64,000 bases of DNA from positions 2,016,001-2,080,000 of the forward strand of contig CP122380.1 of the NCBI GenBank assembly GCA_024650005.2. Direction: 5' to 3'. Both the position numbers and the translations under genes were made by a program. The notes beneath the pieces were generated by a model, which saw only the letters and a program-made list of their open reading frames with translations, was not told the origin of the DNA and made no database searches. Positions 10,065 to 19,956 of the stretch are shown in pieces. The DNA is from Candidatus Bathyarchaeum tardum (lineage in GTDB: Archaea; Thermoproteota; Bathyarchaeia; Bathyarchaeales; Bathyarchaeaceae). Each line of letters starts with the position of its first letter. Within the stretch, counting starts at the first letter, position 1.

Positions 10065-10514
10065 TTATTCTGTGGTTTTTTTGTGTTTTGTTGTTAGGAT
10101 TCCTTCGGTTAGGAATATAGTCATAGAAACTGCGGTTATGAGTATGGAGTACCAGATTCCAAGGCTGATTGTCTGATGGTTAACGAACAGTTGCATTGCT
10201 ACTAGGATGATTTCTGCCAGCAATATTCCCATAAAAAAGAAGGAATAAAACACCATACGGGGAACCAAAGTTTTGCCAATCCATACATGACCAGCAACTC
10301 CAGTTTTTTCCCGTACGATGTATTCTCCTAGCTCGTTTTTTTCAATTAACCCAAGGTTTTCCAATTTTTGCAGTTGTCGATAAGCTACACTGGGACTGCT
10401 CAGACCCGCACCCCGCATAACCTCCCGGGGACCTACGGGTCGAGACTCTTTGATGACAAAAGAGTAAACCTGCAAGGTGTTTCCTTCTAGCTCATCAGAC
10501 AACGGCTTGGTCAT
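10065..10514 (-). CDS. Winged-helix transcription regulator with two C-terminal TM helices
   Basis: VGPREVMRGAGLSSPSVAYRQLQKLENLGLIEK HTH followed by 2 hydrophobic helices. Confidence 0.82.
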   Translation of the reverse strand: MTKPLSDELEGNTLQVYSFVIKESRPVGPREVMRGAGLSSPSVAYRQLQKLENLGLIEKNELGEYIVREKTGVAGHVWIGKTLVPRMVFYSFFFMGILLAEIILVAMQLFVNHQTISLGIWYSILITAVSMTIFLTEGILTTKHKKTTE

Positions 10515-10515
10515 T

Positions 10516-11595
10516 TTACTCACCTTGGGCAAGAAATACCTCAGCGTTCCACTGGTCAACAGTAAAGGAGTATTCTTCCAGCAAATCCATGTTATACAGG
10601 TAGGAGTTATTGACTTTTGTGAGCTCCACAGATTTTAGTTCAGCAGAATCGGACCAGTTATCTTGAACAGTGTTGTTTCCCAGCCAGAATTCAATGTCTG
10701 CACTGTTAGCGGTTGATGTCTTGAAATATATAGTACCAGAATCGAGCAAATCAACTGGACTAAACTTTGTCCATGAACCGAAACGTTGAGTGCCTTCAAC
10801 CAAAATTATTCGAGATTCTCCGGGCTCCCAGTAGTTATCAAAGTATCCATCACCACAAAGAATTTCCATATCAGTCAATAGAAAGTCAGGTATGTTATTA
10901 TCTTCGTCTTCAGTATCAGTGAACCCGGGCATGTAGGTTTGGAATATTCTAAACTGATTGGCGATACTGTTCTTGACCATAAAGCCGTTTCCAGGTTCGG
11001 GATCTTCGATTTCGATTCTGCCAGTAACGTCGGTCCAAGTTCCGTTCATGTTCAGATAAGTTGCAACAACGGTTCCACCAACATGTCTTTGGCAGAGTTG
11101 AACCCCTTCCATCCAGTAACCAGTCTGCCAAGGAATCTCGAAAAGAGACGGCTCCATGTTACCATCCCGGTCAAAATGGGGATAGGTCCCATTCACCCAT
11201 GTGAGGTTGTACCATTTGCCGTCAACTAATGCACCTTCAGCTTTCCAACCCCATCCGCCAGAACTGTTAGTGCCCATCAAAGGATATCCGGAGAAAGCGG
11301 TTATTTCTTCTGCTGCCGCAAAATCCAAATGTCGCAAAGTTGCACCCAACTCAGAGGGATTAGTTATGTTAATCCAAACTTGGTAATTAATTGACATGTC
11401 AGTTACTTCGGACTCTGGATTAACTACAGTAAAGTTGGCGAATATTGCCGCGATTTCAAAATCTACAGTTTCACCTTGTACATGATGCGTCCATGGTCTA
11501 ACATCGAGTTCAGACAGTACCAGAGGACCAGCGAAAGCAATTCCTGCAATCAGCCCCGTTAGAGCGATTGCCAATAGAGTTATTCTGATTTTCAT
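10516..11595 (-). CDS. Secreted/surface hypothetical protein
   Basis: Signal peptide MKIRITLLAIALTGLIAGIAFA; acidic, Trp-rich, many NxS/T sites. Confidence 0.75.
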   Translation of the reverse strand: MKIRITLLAIALTGLIAGIAFAGPLVLSELDVRPWTHHVQGETVDFEIAAIFANFTVVNPESEVTDMSINYQVWINITNPSELGATLRHLDFAAAEEITAFSGYPLMGTNSSGGWGWKAEGALVDGKWYNLTWVNGTYPHFDRDGNMEPSLFEIPWQTGYWMEGVQLCQRHVGGTVVATYLNMNGTWTDVTGRIEIEDPEPGNGFMVKNSIANQFRIFQTYMPGFTDTEDEDNNIPDFLLTDMEILCGDGYFDNYWEPGESRIILVEGTQRFGSWTKFSPVDLLDSGTIYFKTSTANSADIEFWLGNNTVQDNWSDSAELKSVELTKVNNSYLYNMDLLEEYSFTVDQWNAEVFLAQGE

Positions 11596-11647
11596 ATTTT
11601 TCACCAACAAACCTACTACCCAGAATTGATTATTAGCTCTGGCGGAG

Positions 11648-11665
11648 GAACACTTTCGTTCCTTG
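11648..11665. promoter_or_regulatory. Palindromic candidate operator upstream of the secreted protein/wHTH operon
   Basis: AGGAAC-ACTTTC-GTTCCT inverted repeat, overlapped by a near-direct repeat TGGCGGA(GG)AACAC. Confidence 0.35.
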
Positions 11666-11749
11666 GCGGAACACCCAAAAACTGATAACAAAAACACAAA
11701 AAGTATTCAATGTTGATTTATTCAAAACTATTCCCCCCTAGGGTTTTTG

Positions 11750-12025
11750 TTTTTCTTTGTAATATCCCAGAATCATTAACAGTGTGCCTTGGGCTATGAA
11801 AAATAGTGCAAGGTACTAGGTGAATTTGGTCTTGGATTATTCCAAACCGTAAAGAACCCCCTCCCATGATGAAAGCGCCCCCGACCAAATAGGCTGCGTG
11901 ATGAAAAGTTAAGGGTAGTTTGCGCCAGCGTAGTAGACCGTACACCATCAAGAGTAATGCCCCCGTAACAACGTACCCAAAAGAGGAAATTAATACAACA
12001 CCAACAATCTCTTCAGAAAATATTT
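11750..12025 (-). pseudogene. Degraded small membrane-protein gene
   Basis: Hydrophobic reading EIVGVVLISSFGYVVTGALLLMVYG...GGAFIMGG continues in another frame as YLALFFIAQGTLLMILGYYKEKQKP, with stops between. Confidence 0.35.
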
Positions 12026-12154
12026 AGGTGTTGCCCCCTTCAATCAAAGAATTAAGTGAATTACACACTCTTTGTTGAGTAAAAAAAACTATTCTATCTT
12101 CGTTGCTGAACACAACAAATAGAAGATTAGAACAATAATAGAAATACAATATGT

Positions 12155-12180
12155 ATGTTGAAAACAACATTTTTTTGAAA
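12155..12180 (+). repeat. Dispersed intergenic repeat copy
   Basis: ATGTTGAAAACAACATTTTTTTGAAA matches consensus AATGTTGAAAACAACCTTTTTTCTGAAA. Confidence 0.6.
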
Positions 12181-12265
12181 ACAGCAGCCCATACATTTTG
12201 AGCCGTACTGAATTAAAATGATTGACCCTCATCAAACAGGAAAACACAAACCGGATTGGTTCATT

Positions 12266-13756
12266 TTAAAGAGTTGTTTTGAATTTTTTGTTGTCGTTTT
12301 TGCAGAGTTGTTTTATTAGGTTTCGTCCTGAATGTGCGGCGGTGCCTAGGCCGTTCATGCCGACGGCCCATTGTCCTACCATATAGAAGTTTTCTAGTCC
12401 CGGGAGGGTTTTGCTTACCCCGTTTTTTGATACTTCCCCAGAAATTTGTTCAGGAGCAGGCCAAGGCAGACAAAAACCTCGATAACCTCCAGTCCAATGC
12501 ACCACAGAAACGGGAGTTACCACGTCCACGGCTTCGATGCTGTTTTTGAACCCGGCAAACCGTTTGTTTAACCTTTCTGCCACTTGGTCTGCCAGCCGCT
12601 TTTTCTGGTTATTGTATGCATCTTTGTCAGCTGACAGGTTTTGCCAGTAATCATAAGCTGAGTCTACCACCACTTTAACCACGGTTTTGCCTGAACCAGC
12701 AAAGGACGAATCAAAATTGAAAACTTCAACGTCTAACCGGTCGTATTCTCTGTCCTCAATGGTGATTGGCTCATCTTGGAAAAGCACCAAAGCATGGGGC
12801 TCACCATCGAACTGTTGGTTTAGTCCGTAATAGATTTCCAACCCAAAAGGCATAGTCTTGGGATAGGAATCATAATATGTACGAATAGAATCGTTGACGT
12901 AATTTCCCTGCAACATATCAAAAATGGTGGCGTAACCGTCGGCTGCAGAAACAATAAGATCAGCAAAATGTTTTGACCCATCCTCCAGTTGAACCCCAAC
13001 GGCTTTGTTGTTTTCAACCAAAATTTTATCCACGCGGGAACGAAAAGAGATATGGCCTCCCAAATTTAGGTAACTTTTTTCGATGTTAGAAGCAAGGGCA
13101 GACGATCCCCCAACAGGCCAGCCCGCGTCTCCTTTGCTCATAGCAGCCATAAAAATCATGGGAATCAACACGGGCACGCCAGAAAGGTCGTACTGTATTG
13201 TTGCAAAGGCTTTTTGCAAAAAGGGGTCACTGAAGTTTTTGGCAAAATCTTCGGTGGTTATTTTGCTGTACTTCATCACTGAACGCAAAACAGGCAACAA
13301 CCGAAGCTTAGCCCCCATTCCCCCCGTCATGCCAGCAAACAGGTCGTAACCCCTGAAACGACGACAGGCTTTGACAAACTCGTTAATTTTGTGTTTGTCT
13401 GAGGGGGAGAGCTGGTTCATATGGTTTTGTAGCTTGTCCAAGTCCGTGTAAACAATAAACTTTTTTCCCTCTGGAGTTTCGACTTGAACAAATTCTTTGA
13501 AACTATAAGTTTGAAGACCATCAAGGGCACCGAGTTCCTTCCAAATGTGGTAATCTGAAGTTCCAGGAACAATACCAAACAGATTGTGAACAGCATAATC
13601 AAACACGTAGCCTTTACGTTTCCAAGAAACACAAACCCCACCGCTGTTAGGTTGCCGTTCAAAAATTTTGGTTGCATAACCGTTCATTTGCCCATAACAG
13701 CCCGCAGATAAACCCCCAAGGCCAGCTCCAATAATTATCATGAATTTGTCAGCCAT
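12266..13756 (-). CDS. NAD(P)/FAD-dependent oxidoreductase, phytoene dehydrogenase-like
   Basis: IIIGAGLGGL Rossmann motif, GG...SWKRKGY, WPVGGS, PGLENFYMVGQW. Confidence 0.88.
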   Translation of the reverse strand: MADKFMIIIGAGLGGLSAGCYGQMNGYATKIFERQPNSGGVCVSWKRKGYVFDYAVHNLFGIVPGTSDYHIWKELGALDGLQTYSFKEFVQVETPEGKKFIVYTDLDKLQNHMNQLSPSDKHKINEFVKACRRFRGYDLFAGMTGGMGAKLRLLPVLRSVMKYSKITTEDFAKNFSDPFLQKAFATIQYDLSGVPVLIPMIFMAAMSKGDAGWPVGGSSALASNIEKSYLNLGGHISFRSRVDKILVENNKAVGVQLEDGSKHFADLIVSAADGYATIFDMLQGNYVNDSIRTYYDSYPKTMPFGLEIYYGLNQQFDGEPHALVLFQDEPITIEDREYDRLDVEVFNFDSSFAGSGKTVVKVVVDSAYDYWQNLSADKDAYNNQKKRLADQVAERLNKRFAGFKNSIEAVDVVTPVSVVHWTGGYRGFCLPWPAPEQISGEVSKNGVSKTLPGLENFYMVGQWAVGMNGLGTAAHSGRNLIKQLCKNDNKKFKTTL

Positions 13757-13888
13757 TTTATCACCCAAACGTTAGAAACCAAAGTAAATATTCACAAATG
13801 TTTTACTTCACGTTATAACATGAAACGCGGTATAAGCTTTTGTCCCACTGAAATCAAACAAATGAACAAAAAACAACCCAACATTAAA

Positions 13889-14254
13889 TCAAGATTTGAC
13901 AGTTTTCTGCCATTCTTCCCGCAATTTTTGTCCGAGTTTACCGTCTTCAAGAATGAGGGCGCCTTTGTATCCGCAGTTTTTGCATTCCCAAAGTGACCAC
14001 AATTGAGGAAGCCCCGAACCCCAAAAAACCTTGGTTGAACCACACCTCGGGCAATACTTTATACGATTAGGGACTTGTTTTATTTGTTTAGCTGTTTGTG
14101 TTTGTTTTTTTGCGGCAAGTTTTTGTTTTATTAAATCTCCTGCCTCACTGAAGTTGAATTCGTCTGCAGATTCTCCACATGAAGGACAGTTTTGGTTTGG
14201 TTGTAGTTCTTTGTCGAATTGGCAGTTTGGATTTGGGCAAGTCCAGATAGGCAA
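13889..14254 (-). CDS. Double zinc-ribbon protein
   Basis: CPNPNC/CPSC and CPRC/CKNC pairs. Confidence 0.75.
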   Translation of the reverse strand: MPIWTCPNPNCQFDKELQPNQNCPSCGESADEFNFSEAGDLIKQKLAAKKQTQTAKQIKQVPNRIKYCPRCGSTKVFWGSGLPQLWSLWECKNCGYKGALILEDGKLGQKLREEWQKTVKS

Positions 14255-14333
14255 AACATTATCCCTTGTTATTACTATAAAGAGTCAGGCTTAATTGCCT
14301 TTTTGAAAAAAGAAAAAGAAAAGATTAGAGAGT

Positions 14334-14753
14334 TTATGCTGTGCCAGTGTATGAGGCGCGTAGGGTTCCTTTGGTGTCGTACATTTCTACAGTGTATGGA
14401 GTTCCAGCAGATACAACCTGATTAATGGTGAAAGTTTCAGAGGCTCCAGCAGGAATTGTGCTTGAAGTTCCCGCTGTCCAAGAATTTGAATCTTGACCAT
14501 TGACTTTAATCATTACTATTGTAGCATCGGAAGCAGCCGGATTATTCACATTCATAACTATCCGCCCAGAAGAATAATCACCAGTAGTAAAAACAACATT
14601 AGAAACAGCAAGTTCTTTGTTCAAGATTTGATTGCTGGCTATTGAGCCCATCAACACTGCGACTAGAATAGCGATTGCGACCATTCCAGTAATGACAGCG
14701 ATTGCTGCTGTAACTGGACTTATTGCTTCTTTAGTTTTAAGGAAGTTTTTCAT
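14334..14753 (-). CDS. Archaeal type IV pilin-like protein
   Basis: Class III signal peptide-like KTKEA/ISPV followed by a hydrophobic helix and a beta-sandwich. Confidence 0.8.
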   Translation of the reverse strand: MKNFLKTKEAISPVTAAIAVITGMVAIAILVAVLMGSIASNQILNKELAVSNVVFTTGDYSSGRIVMNVNNPAASDATIVMIKVNGQDSNSWTAGTSSTIPAGASETFTINQVVSAGTPYTVEMYDTKGTLRASYTGTA

Positions 14754-14904
14754 TTTTGGTATTTCCCTCCTTCCCGGTGTCTAAGAGAAGTACACCAAAA
14801 CACAATTTAAATCTTATGACTCAATACATCATATATTATGTTATAGATTCACTAAAAACATAAAAACCCAAAAAAACTAACAACAAAAAGCGTACAAAAA
14901 GCAG

Positions 14905-15234
14905 TTAAGATAATTTCACAGCAGATCCATAGCCGTTACCAAAAATAAGCCCTTAAGAACTTCAGAAGTTTCAAAATCCATAGACAAAAACCCATTAGCG
15001 CCCAGTTTTCTGGCTTTTGTTTTTTAATCGTCTAAAGCTTCCTTGCGGACTTTTTCAATTTCTTCAGCATAAGCTGTGGCTTTTCCCCCCCCCCAGTAAG
15101 AGCTTGAAAACTAGAGATTATTCTTCCTCCCGCACCACAGGTTCGGGTGCTGGAACCATAAATTATCCCAGGACTTCTTCAACAGCATATTGAGGAATCG
15201 CTGGCATCGTTGCCAAAATCAAATCATCAACTAA
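14905..15234 (-). pseudogene. YbjQ/UPF0145-family pseudogene
   Basis: Pieced translation LILATMPAIPQYAVEEVLG/IIYGSSTRT...FQALTGG/KATAYAEEIEKVRKEALDD*KTKARKLGANG..MDFETSE..LVTA/YGSAVKLS; several frameshifts, one stop and a G10 run. Confidence 0.75.
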
Positions 15235-15251
15235 CTAAAAGACAACCAAGC

Positions 15252-15647
15252 TCATTTTTTTGCTCGCTTTTTTTCGGCACATCGTTTCAAAACATCTAAC
15301 AAGATTTCCAAATCCTGAACATTCACATTAAGAAGGTTGCCATCTATGCAAATTTGCATTTTTGGTTTGCCCATATGCTCATTTTCTCGATCTCGAAGCC
15401 AGCGAATGGCGGCTTTGATCCAATCTTCAGTCACGTCAACAAATATTCCAGAAATAACTGCATCCCCAAAATCAATAGGGTTAGGAATCGGTGGAGGAGA
15501 AATGTTTACATAATAATCCTCGTCCAAATTCAAAGGTATATTTTCTTTAAGCAACGCCATGATTAGGCTGTCAATCGCATATGAAACCCCAAAAACTAGA
15601 GATTTCTCGTCCAATCTAATCTCCAACCCTTTATGTTTAATTTGCAC
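15252..15647 (-). CDS. Hypothetical protein
   Basis: 131-aa ORF with plausible composition; no recognised motif. Confidence 0.55.
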   Translation of the reverse strand: MQIKHKGLEIRLDEKSLVFGVSYAIDSLIMALLKENIPLNLDEDYYVNISPPPIPNPIDFGDAVISGIFVDVTEDWIKAAIRWLRDRENEHMGKPKMQICIDGNLLNVNVQDLEILLDVLKRCAEKKRAKK

Positions 15648-15767
15648 TATAAAAAATAAACCCAGTTACCCAAACCCCAAAGAAGCCAGAAAAAGGGACT
15701 AAAAGGGTGGGGTGACAAAAAGATTTTTGTTACTCCGTATCTGTGAGAGTTATACGAGGAATATTTC

Positions 15768-16814
15768 ATGGTTGAATTGGACTTTGGCGGTGTGAAAGAA
15801 ACCGTCGTAACAAGAAAAGAATTCACGGTAGAAAAAGCAAAAGAAATTCTGAAAAATGAAACAGTTGCAGTCCTAGGATACGGAATTCAGGGACGAGCAC
15901 AATCATTGAACATGCGAGATAACGGACTCAAGGTCATTGTTGGTCAAAGCAAAGAATTCAAAATAAACTACGACCAAGCAATCGAAGACGGCTGGATTCC
16001 AGGAGAAAACCTGTTCTCCCTAGAAGAGGCAGCACAAAAAGGAACAATCAAAATGTACCTGTTAACAGATTCAGCACAGAAACTACTATGGCCAAAACTA
16101 AAAGACACCTTCAAAGAAGGAGACGCCCTGTACTTTTCCCACGGATTTTCAATAGTGTACCGTGAACAAACAGGCGTAATCCCACCAGCAAACATTGACG
16201 TTATCTTGGTTGCACCAAAGGGTTCTGGAACTTCAGTAAGAGACAATTTTGTAGCAGGAAGCGGAATCAACAGCAGTTTCGCAGTTCACCAAGACGCCAC
16301 CGGAAAAGCAGAACAAAGAGTAAAAGCAATCGGAATTGCCATCGGATCAGGTTATTTGTTCCCTACAACCTTTGAGAAAGAAACATACAGCGACCTAACT
16401 GGAGAACGAGGAGTCCTTATGGGTGCCCTTGCAGGAATGATGGAAGCCCAATACAATTGTCTACGAGAAAACGGTCACAGCCCCAGCGAAGCTTTCAATG
16501 AAACAGTCGAAGAACTAACCCAGAGCCTCATCAGGCTAGTAGACCAAAACGGAATGGATTGGATGTATAACAACTGCAGTGAAACCGCAAGAATTGGAGC
16601 CCTTCGATGGAGAGAACGCTTCCGGGACACTACAAAACCACTGTTTGATTGTTTGTATGAATTTGTAGCTTCTGGAGAAGAAGTCAAAATTGTTCTAGAC
16701 AAAAGCGCAGAATCTGACTACAAGAAAAAACTAGCTGAAGAACTACAAACAATGGGCAACTCAGAAATGTGGAAAGCAGGAAAAACAGTCAGGTCACTTC
16801 GACCCGACAAGTAA
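15768..16814 (+). CDS. ilvC: Ketol-acid reductoisomerase
   Basis: VLGYGIQG, FSHGF, VAPKG, SDLTGERGVLMG, EAFNETVEE; GAGG SD. Confidence 0.95.
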   Translation: MVELDFGGVKETVVTRKEFTVEKAKEILKNETVAVLGYGIQGRAQSLNMRDNGLKVIVGQSKEFKINYDQAIEDGWIPGENLFSLEEAAQKGTIKMYLLTDSAQKLLWPKLKDTFKEGDALYFSHGFSIVYREQTGVIPPANIDVILVAPKGSGTSVRDNFVAGSGINSSFAVHQDATGKAEQRVKAIGIAIGSGYLFPTTFEKETYSDLTGERGVLMGALAGMMEAQYNCLRENGHSPSEAFNETVEELTQSLIRLVDQNGMDWMYNNCSETARIGALRWRERFRDTTKPLFDCLYEFVASGEEVKIVLDKSAESDYKKKLAEELQTMGNSEMWKAGKTVRSLRPDK

Positions 16815-16992
16815 TAACCACATCTTCTTCCATTTTTTTCTTTTTTATTGGCATAAACCACATTTTTGGCGTTAATGCCAACGAATTTCTTCTAACAAAA
16901 CCTAGAATTGATTCTAAAAATCGACAGATTCATTATTTGCTTTGAGTATTAATTAAATGCTTGAAGCATACAGGGCAATGGGGGGTGAAATT

Positions 16993-17205
16993 TTGAGTAA
17001 TGAAAAAGAAGTTAAAACTGAAATTAAGGTTGAAAAAATCAAAGATGCTGTTGTAAAATTTAAAGAAGACATGAGTGTTCTAACCAAAGATTTGAGACTA
17101 GATGTGGATACCTGGAAATTCAGTGTTGAAAGCCAAAAAGAAGCTGTCAAAGTAGATGTTGCATTTACTGTGCTTATCAAGAAAAAAACTGATAAAGAAG
17201 AGTAA
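16993..17205 (+). CDS. Small hypothetical protein
   Basis: GGGGGTGA SD precedes TTG at 16993. Confidence 0.65.
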   Translation: MSNEKEVKTEIKVEKIKDAVVKFKEDMSVLTKDLRLDVDTWKFSVESQKEAVKVDVAFTVLIKKKTDKEE

Positions 17206-17217
17206 ACAACTAATTGT

Positions 17218-17523
17218 ATGGAACAACAAACTAAATTGTTGATTCTCCACAATTTCTTTGTTATTTACGAGAAATTAACCCCCTTTTCAACTAAATTTCT
17301 TCTTATTTTTGAACCTTTAGTTCCTTTTTTTGTTTCATTATTCTTGAGAAGAAAACTGGAAGAATTAAAACAGAACAGAACTATTAACAACTTTTATTTA
17401 AAAATCAAACGTAGGTCCCAGTTTTCTTACCAAGTTGAATTTAAACTAATTGTTACATCAAAACAAGTTGGCAACATAGTTCAAAAGACAATAAATGATG
17501 TATTCAGCAGGTTAAAAAAATGA
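17218..17523 (+). CDS. Hypothetical protein, apparent paralog of 48038-48289
   Basis: Operonic; shares the FE.L.P.F....L..KL...K...Y..K..R....Y pattern. Confidence 0.6.
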   Translation: MEQQTKLLILHNFFVIYEKLTPFSTKFLLIFEPLVPFFVSLFLRRKLEELKQNRTINNFYLKIKRRSQFSYQVEFKLIVTSKQVGNIVQKTINDVFSRLKK

Positions 17524-18020
17524 GCAACATTTGGGACGAAATCGAAGAAGAAGATAAAGACATCGAAGAAATTGCACAAAAAATAATGATGGAAATCGAA
17601 GAAGCACACTCAAATTCCAAAAGCTCGGCTTTTATCAAAAGTATTTCACAATTATCGGACATTGATTATGTTAAACGGCTTTTAAGAAACGTAGAATTAG
17701 CTCACACGAAACCTGTTTGCACCCTTGAAAAATTGGATATTATAAAAGGGTTAATAATTGTAACGTGGATGCAACGAATGTACTCAACGATACGATCGTT
17801 ACTTCTAGGAGTGATAGCTGCTCTTGTATTACTCCCTCTGCTGTTGTCTTTGGGATCTCTAAATTTTATCCAAAATGTCATTATTGCAGTTCCAATTTTT
17901 GTTGTTGGTTTGACAGTTACAAGATTATTAGATAAGCAAATAATTACTGCCACAAAAAAAGTTGTTAAATACCTTTCTAGCCACAAAAAGCTAAGAAAAT
18001 TCATAATGAACAACTTTTAA
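17520..18020 (+). CDS. Hypothetical membrane protein
   Basis: ATGA overlap with previous ORF; acidic N-terminus and 2 TM helices. Confidence 0.7.
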   Translation: MSNIWDEIEEEDKDIEEIAQKIMMEIEEAHSNSKSSAFIKSISQLSDIDYVKRLLRNVELAHTKPVCTLEKLDIIKGLIIVTWMQRMYSTIRSLLLGVIAALVLLPLLLSLGSLNFIQNVIIAVPIFVVGLTVTRLLDKQIITATKKVVKYLSSHKKLRKFIMNNF

Positions 18021-18098
18021 AGATAAATATAATAAAAACATAATAATCAGAATGAGATTAGAAGATAAAGTGTAAAATACGATTTTGGGGGAACTTGT

Positions 18099-18551
18099 TT
18101 GATTGAAAAAATTCTTGCCCCGATTGACGGCTCAGCACATTCTGATAATGCTTTAGTTTATGCTTTGGATTTAGCAGAAAAATATTCTGCAGAAATCACA
18201 ATCCTAACAGTAATAGAACCAGTTATTTTACCTGGACCAGTTTTTGTAAATGAACCTTCTATTATGCCTCCAAGTCAATTCGATTACCAAAAAAACATAC
18301 AGAACCTGCACGAAAAAATGCTTGAGGAAACCTTCAAAAAAATTTCAAAAGCTCACCCTGAACTTAAGATTAAAAAACAACACAGAATTGGACGACCAGC
18401 AGACGAAATAATTGAAATCGCCAACAAAGAAAAATTTGATTTAATTGTCATAGGTAGTCGAGGAAGAGGAAAAATCAAAGAATTTTTCCTAGGAAGCGTA
18501 AGCGACAGAGTTGCAGACAGCGCAAAATGTCCTGTGCTTATAGTAAAATAA
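18099..18551 (+). CDS. Universal stress protein
   Basis: ILAPIDGS, DLIVIGSRG, LGSVS..V...AKCPVLIVK. Confidence 0.95.
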   Translation: MIEKILAPIDGSAHSDNALVYALDLAEKYSAEITILTVIEPVILPGPVFVNEPSIMPPSQFDYQKNIQNLHEKMLEETFKKISKAHPELKIKKQHRIGRPADEIIEIANKEKFDLIVIGSRGRGKIKEFFLGSVSDRVADSAKCPVLIVK

Positions 18552-18654
18552 CTTTTTTTTGAAATTCTTATTTTAGCAGAAAACTTAGGTATGTAACTGT
18601 GTTTCATGGTCTTTTATTTGCTTTTTTGAGTTACTGGGCGGTAGGGGAAAAAGA

Positions 18655-19293
18655 ATGGCAACTAAAACTGTAGGAAAAGTTCAGCGGGAATTGAACAGCT
18701 ACCAAGGACTGGTAACATTAAATCTTATGTTCGGTGCCCTCACGATGGCCTTTGGCATTGTTTTTATTGTTCAAGGAGCAATGGGGATGGTTGAAGTTCA
18801 AATTTTTCTGTTACCCGAAATTGTTCTTGTTGCAATTGGTGCCATAGTAGCTGGAATGGCAGTTCGTTGGCTTATCTCTAGCGCTGAATTATTAGATGGT
18901 CTTACGGACCTCAAAGAAGAATACAATAAAAACAAAGCAAGCCTAAACGACGAAAACATCGTAAGTTTAGTTGTTAAAATGACATCTCATTACCGAGAAA
19001 ACAAACCCACAATCAAAAAAATGCTAAACATCAGCAAAATCGCAGGAATATGTTTCCTAGCAGGCGGCATATACATCCTGATTCTGGCAATTACTAACTT
19101 AGCCGCGGGGGTTTCAACATGGGAAGTGTTCGTTCAAATAGGGGGTTCAGCAGCTAACATCGCGATGGCTGGGGCAAGTTTTACCATTCCCCATTTTTTT
19201 GGTAATTACTCAAAGGTTTGGGATTACCGGCTAGAAGAAACCACCAAAGCTGAAAAGCAGTTACAACAACAGCTCGGAGAATTCGAAGAATGA
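18655..19293 (+). CDS. Hypothetical membrane protein (4 TM)
   Basis: Two TM hairpins; overlaps the following wHTH gene. Confidence 0.75.
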   Translation: MATKTVGKVQRELNSYQGLVTLNLMFGALTMAFGIVFIVQGAMGMVEVQIFLLPEIVLVAIGAIVAGMAVRWLISSAELLDGLTDLKEEYNKNKASLNDENIVSLVVKMTSHYRENKPTIKKMLNISKIAGICFLAGGIYILILAITNLAAGVSTWEVFVQIGGSAANIAMAGASFTIPHFFGNYSKVWDYRLEETTKAEKQLQQQLGEFEE

Positions 19294-19565
19294 AACAGAA
19301 AAGAACTCGCTACGAGATTTTCTGGGAAATTCTAACGTATTGCAAAAAACCAAAATCATTCACGAGTGTAATTAATAGATGTAATCTAAACTCCAAAATC
19401 GGGCAAAATCATATCGACTTTTTGAAAAAACGAAACTTTCTTACGGAAATAGAAAACAAGGGTATGAAATTGTTGAAATCAACTGAGCAGGCAACCCATT
19501 ACACGATGCTGTTTACTAAAACGTACCGTGAACTTTTTGACAACAGCCCAGAATTCAGGTTATAG
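19290..19565 (+). CDS. Archaeal winged-helix transcription regulator
   Basis: KRTRYEIFWEIL...T.VINRCNLN.....HIDFL pattern. Confidence 0.82.
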   Translation: MKQKRTRYEIFWEILTYCKKPKSFTSVINRCNLNSKIGQNHIDFLKKRNFLTEIENKGMKLLKSTEQATHYTMLFTKTYRELFDNSPEFRL

Positions 19566-19583
19566 AAACTGGGATGATGTTGG

Positions 19584-19871
19584 TTAGTTTGATTTTTTAT
19601 TGACCCAGTACATTATGACCCCTGTAACGATAACCATTATTCCTAGCCAAAATCCCAGATTCATCATTAGAGCTGACATGTCAACTGACCAAAGGTTTAC
19701 TGCTCCAAGTATGGTGCTTACTGTGTTGGTGGACCAAACAAAAGGCAACCCGTAATCGGTGTGAACGTTATCAGGCCAGTCATACTGTGTCCCCCAAGTT
19801 ACGGCAAGAACGGTTACAATTGCCCATAAACCCATGAAGACTAATACAATCAAAAAGTCTCGGTTTTTCAT
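19584..19871 (-). CDS. Small membrane protein
   Basis: 2 TM helices around a YGLPFVW loop; GGGG SD. Confidence 0.7.
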   Translation of the reverse strand: MKNRDFLIVLVFMGLWAIVTVLAVTWGTQYDWPDNVHTDYGLPFVWSTNTVSTILGAVNLWSVDMSALMMNLGFWLGIMVIVTGVIMYWVNKKSN

Positions 19872-19956
19872 AAAACATCCCCCGTATAATGTGAGTTGTC
19901 GACATATTTTAGATTTCACCCGTTTATTCAAACCAAGCCTAAAACATATCATGATA

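Noticed and set aside
15085-15094. C10/G10 run as a phase-variation switch
   Set aside because: The host gene has other frameshifts and a stop, so slippage alone could not restore it
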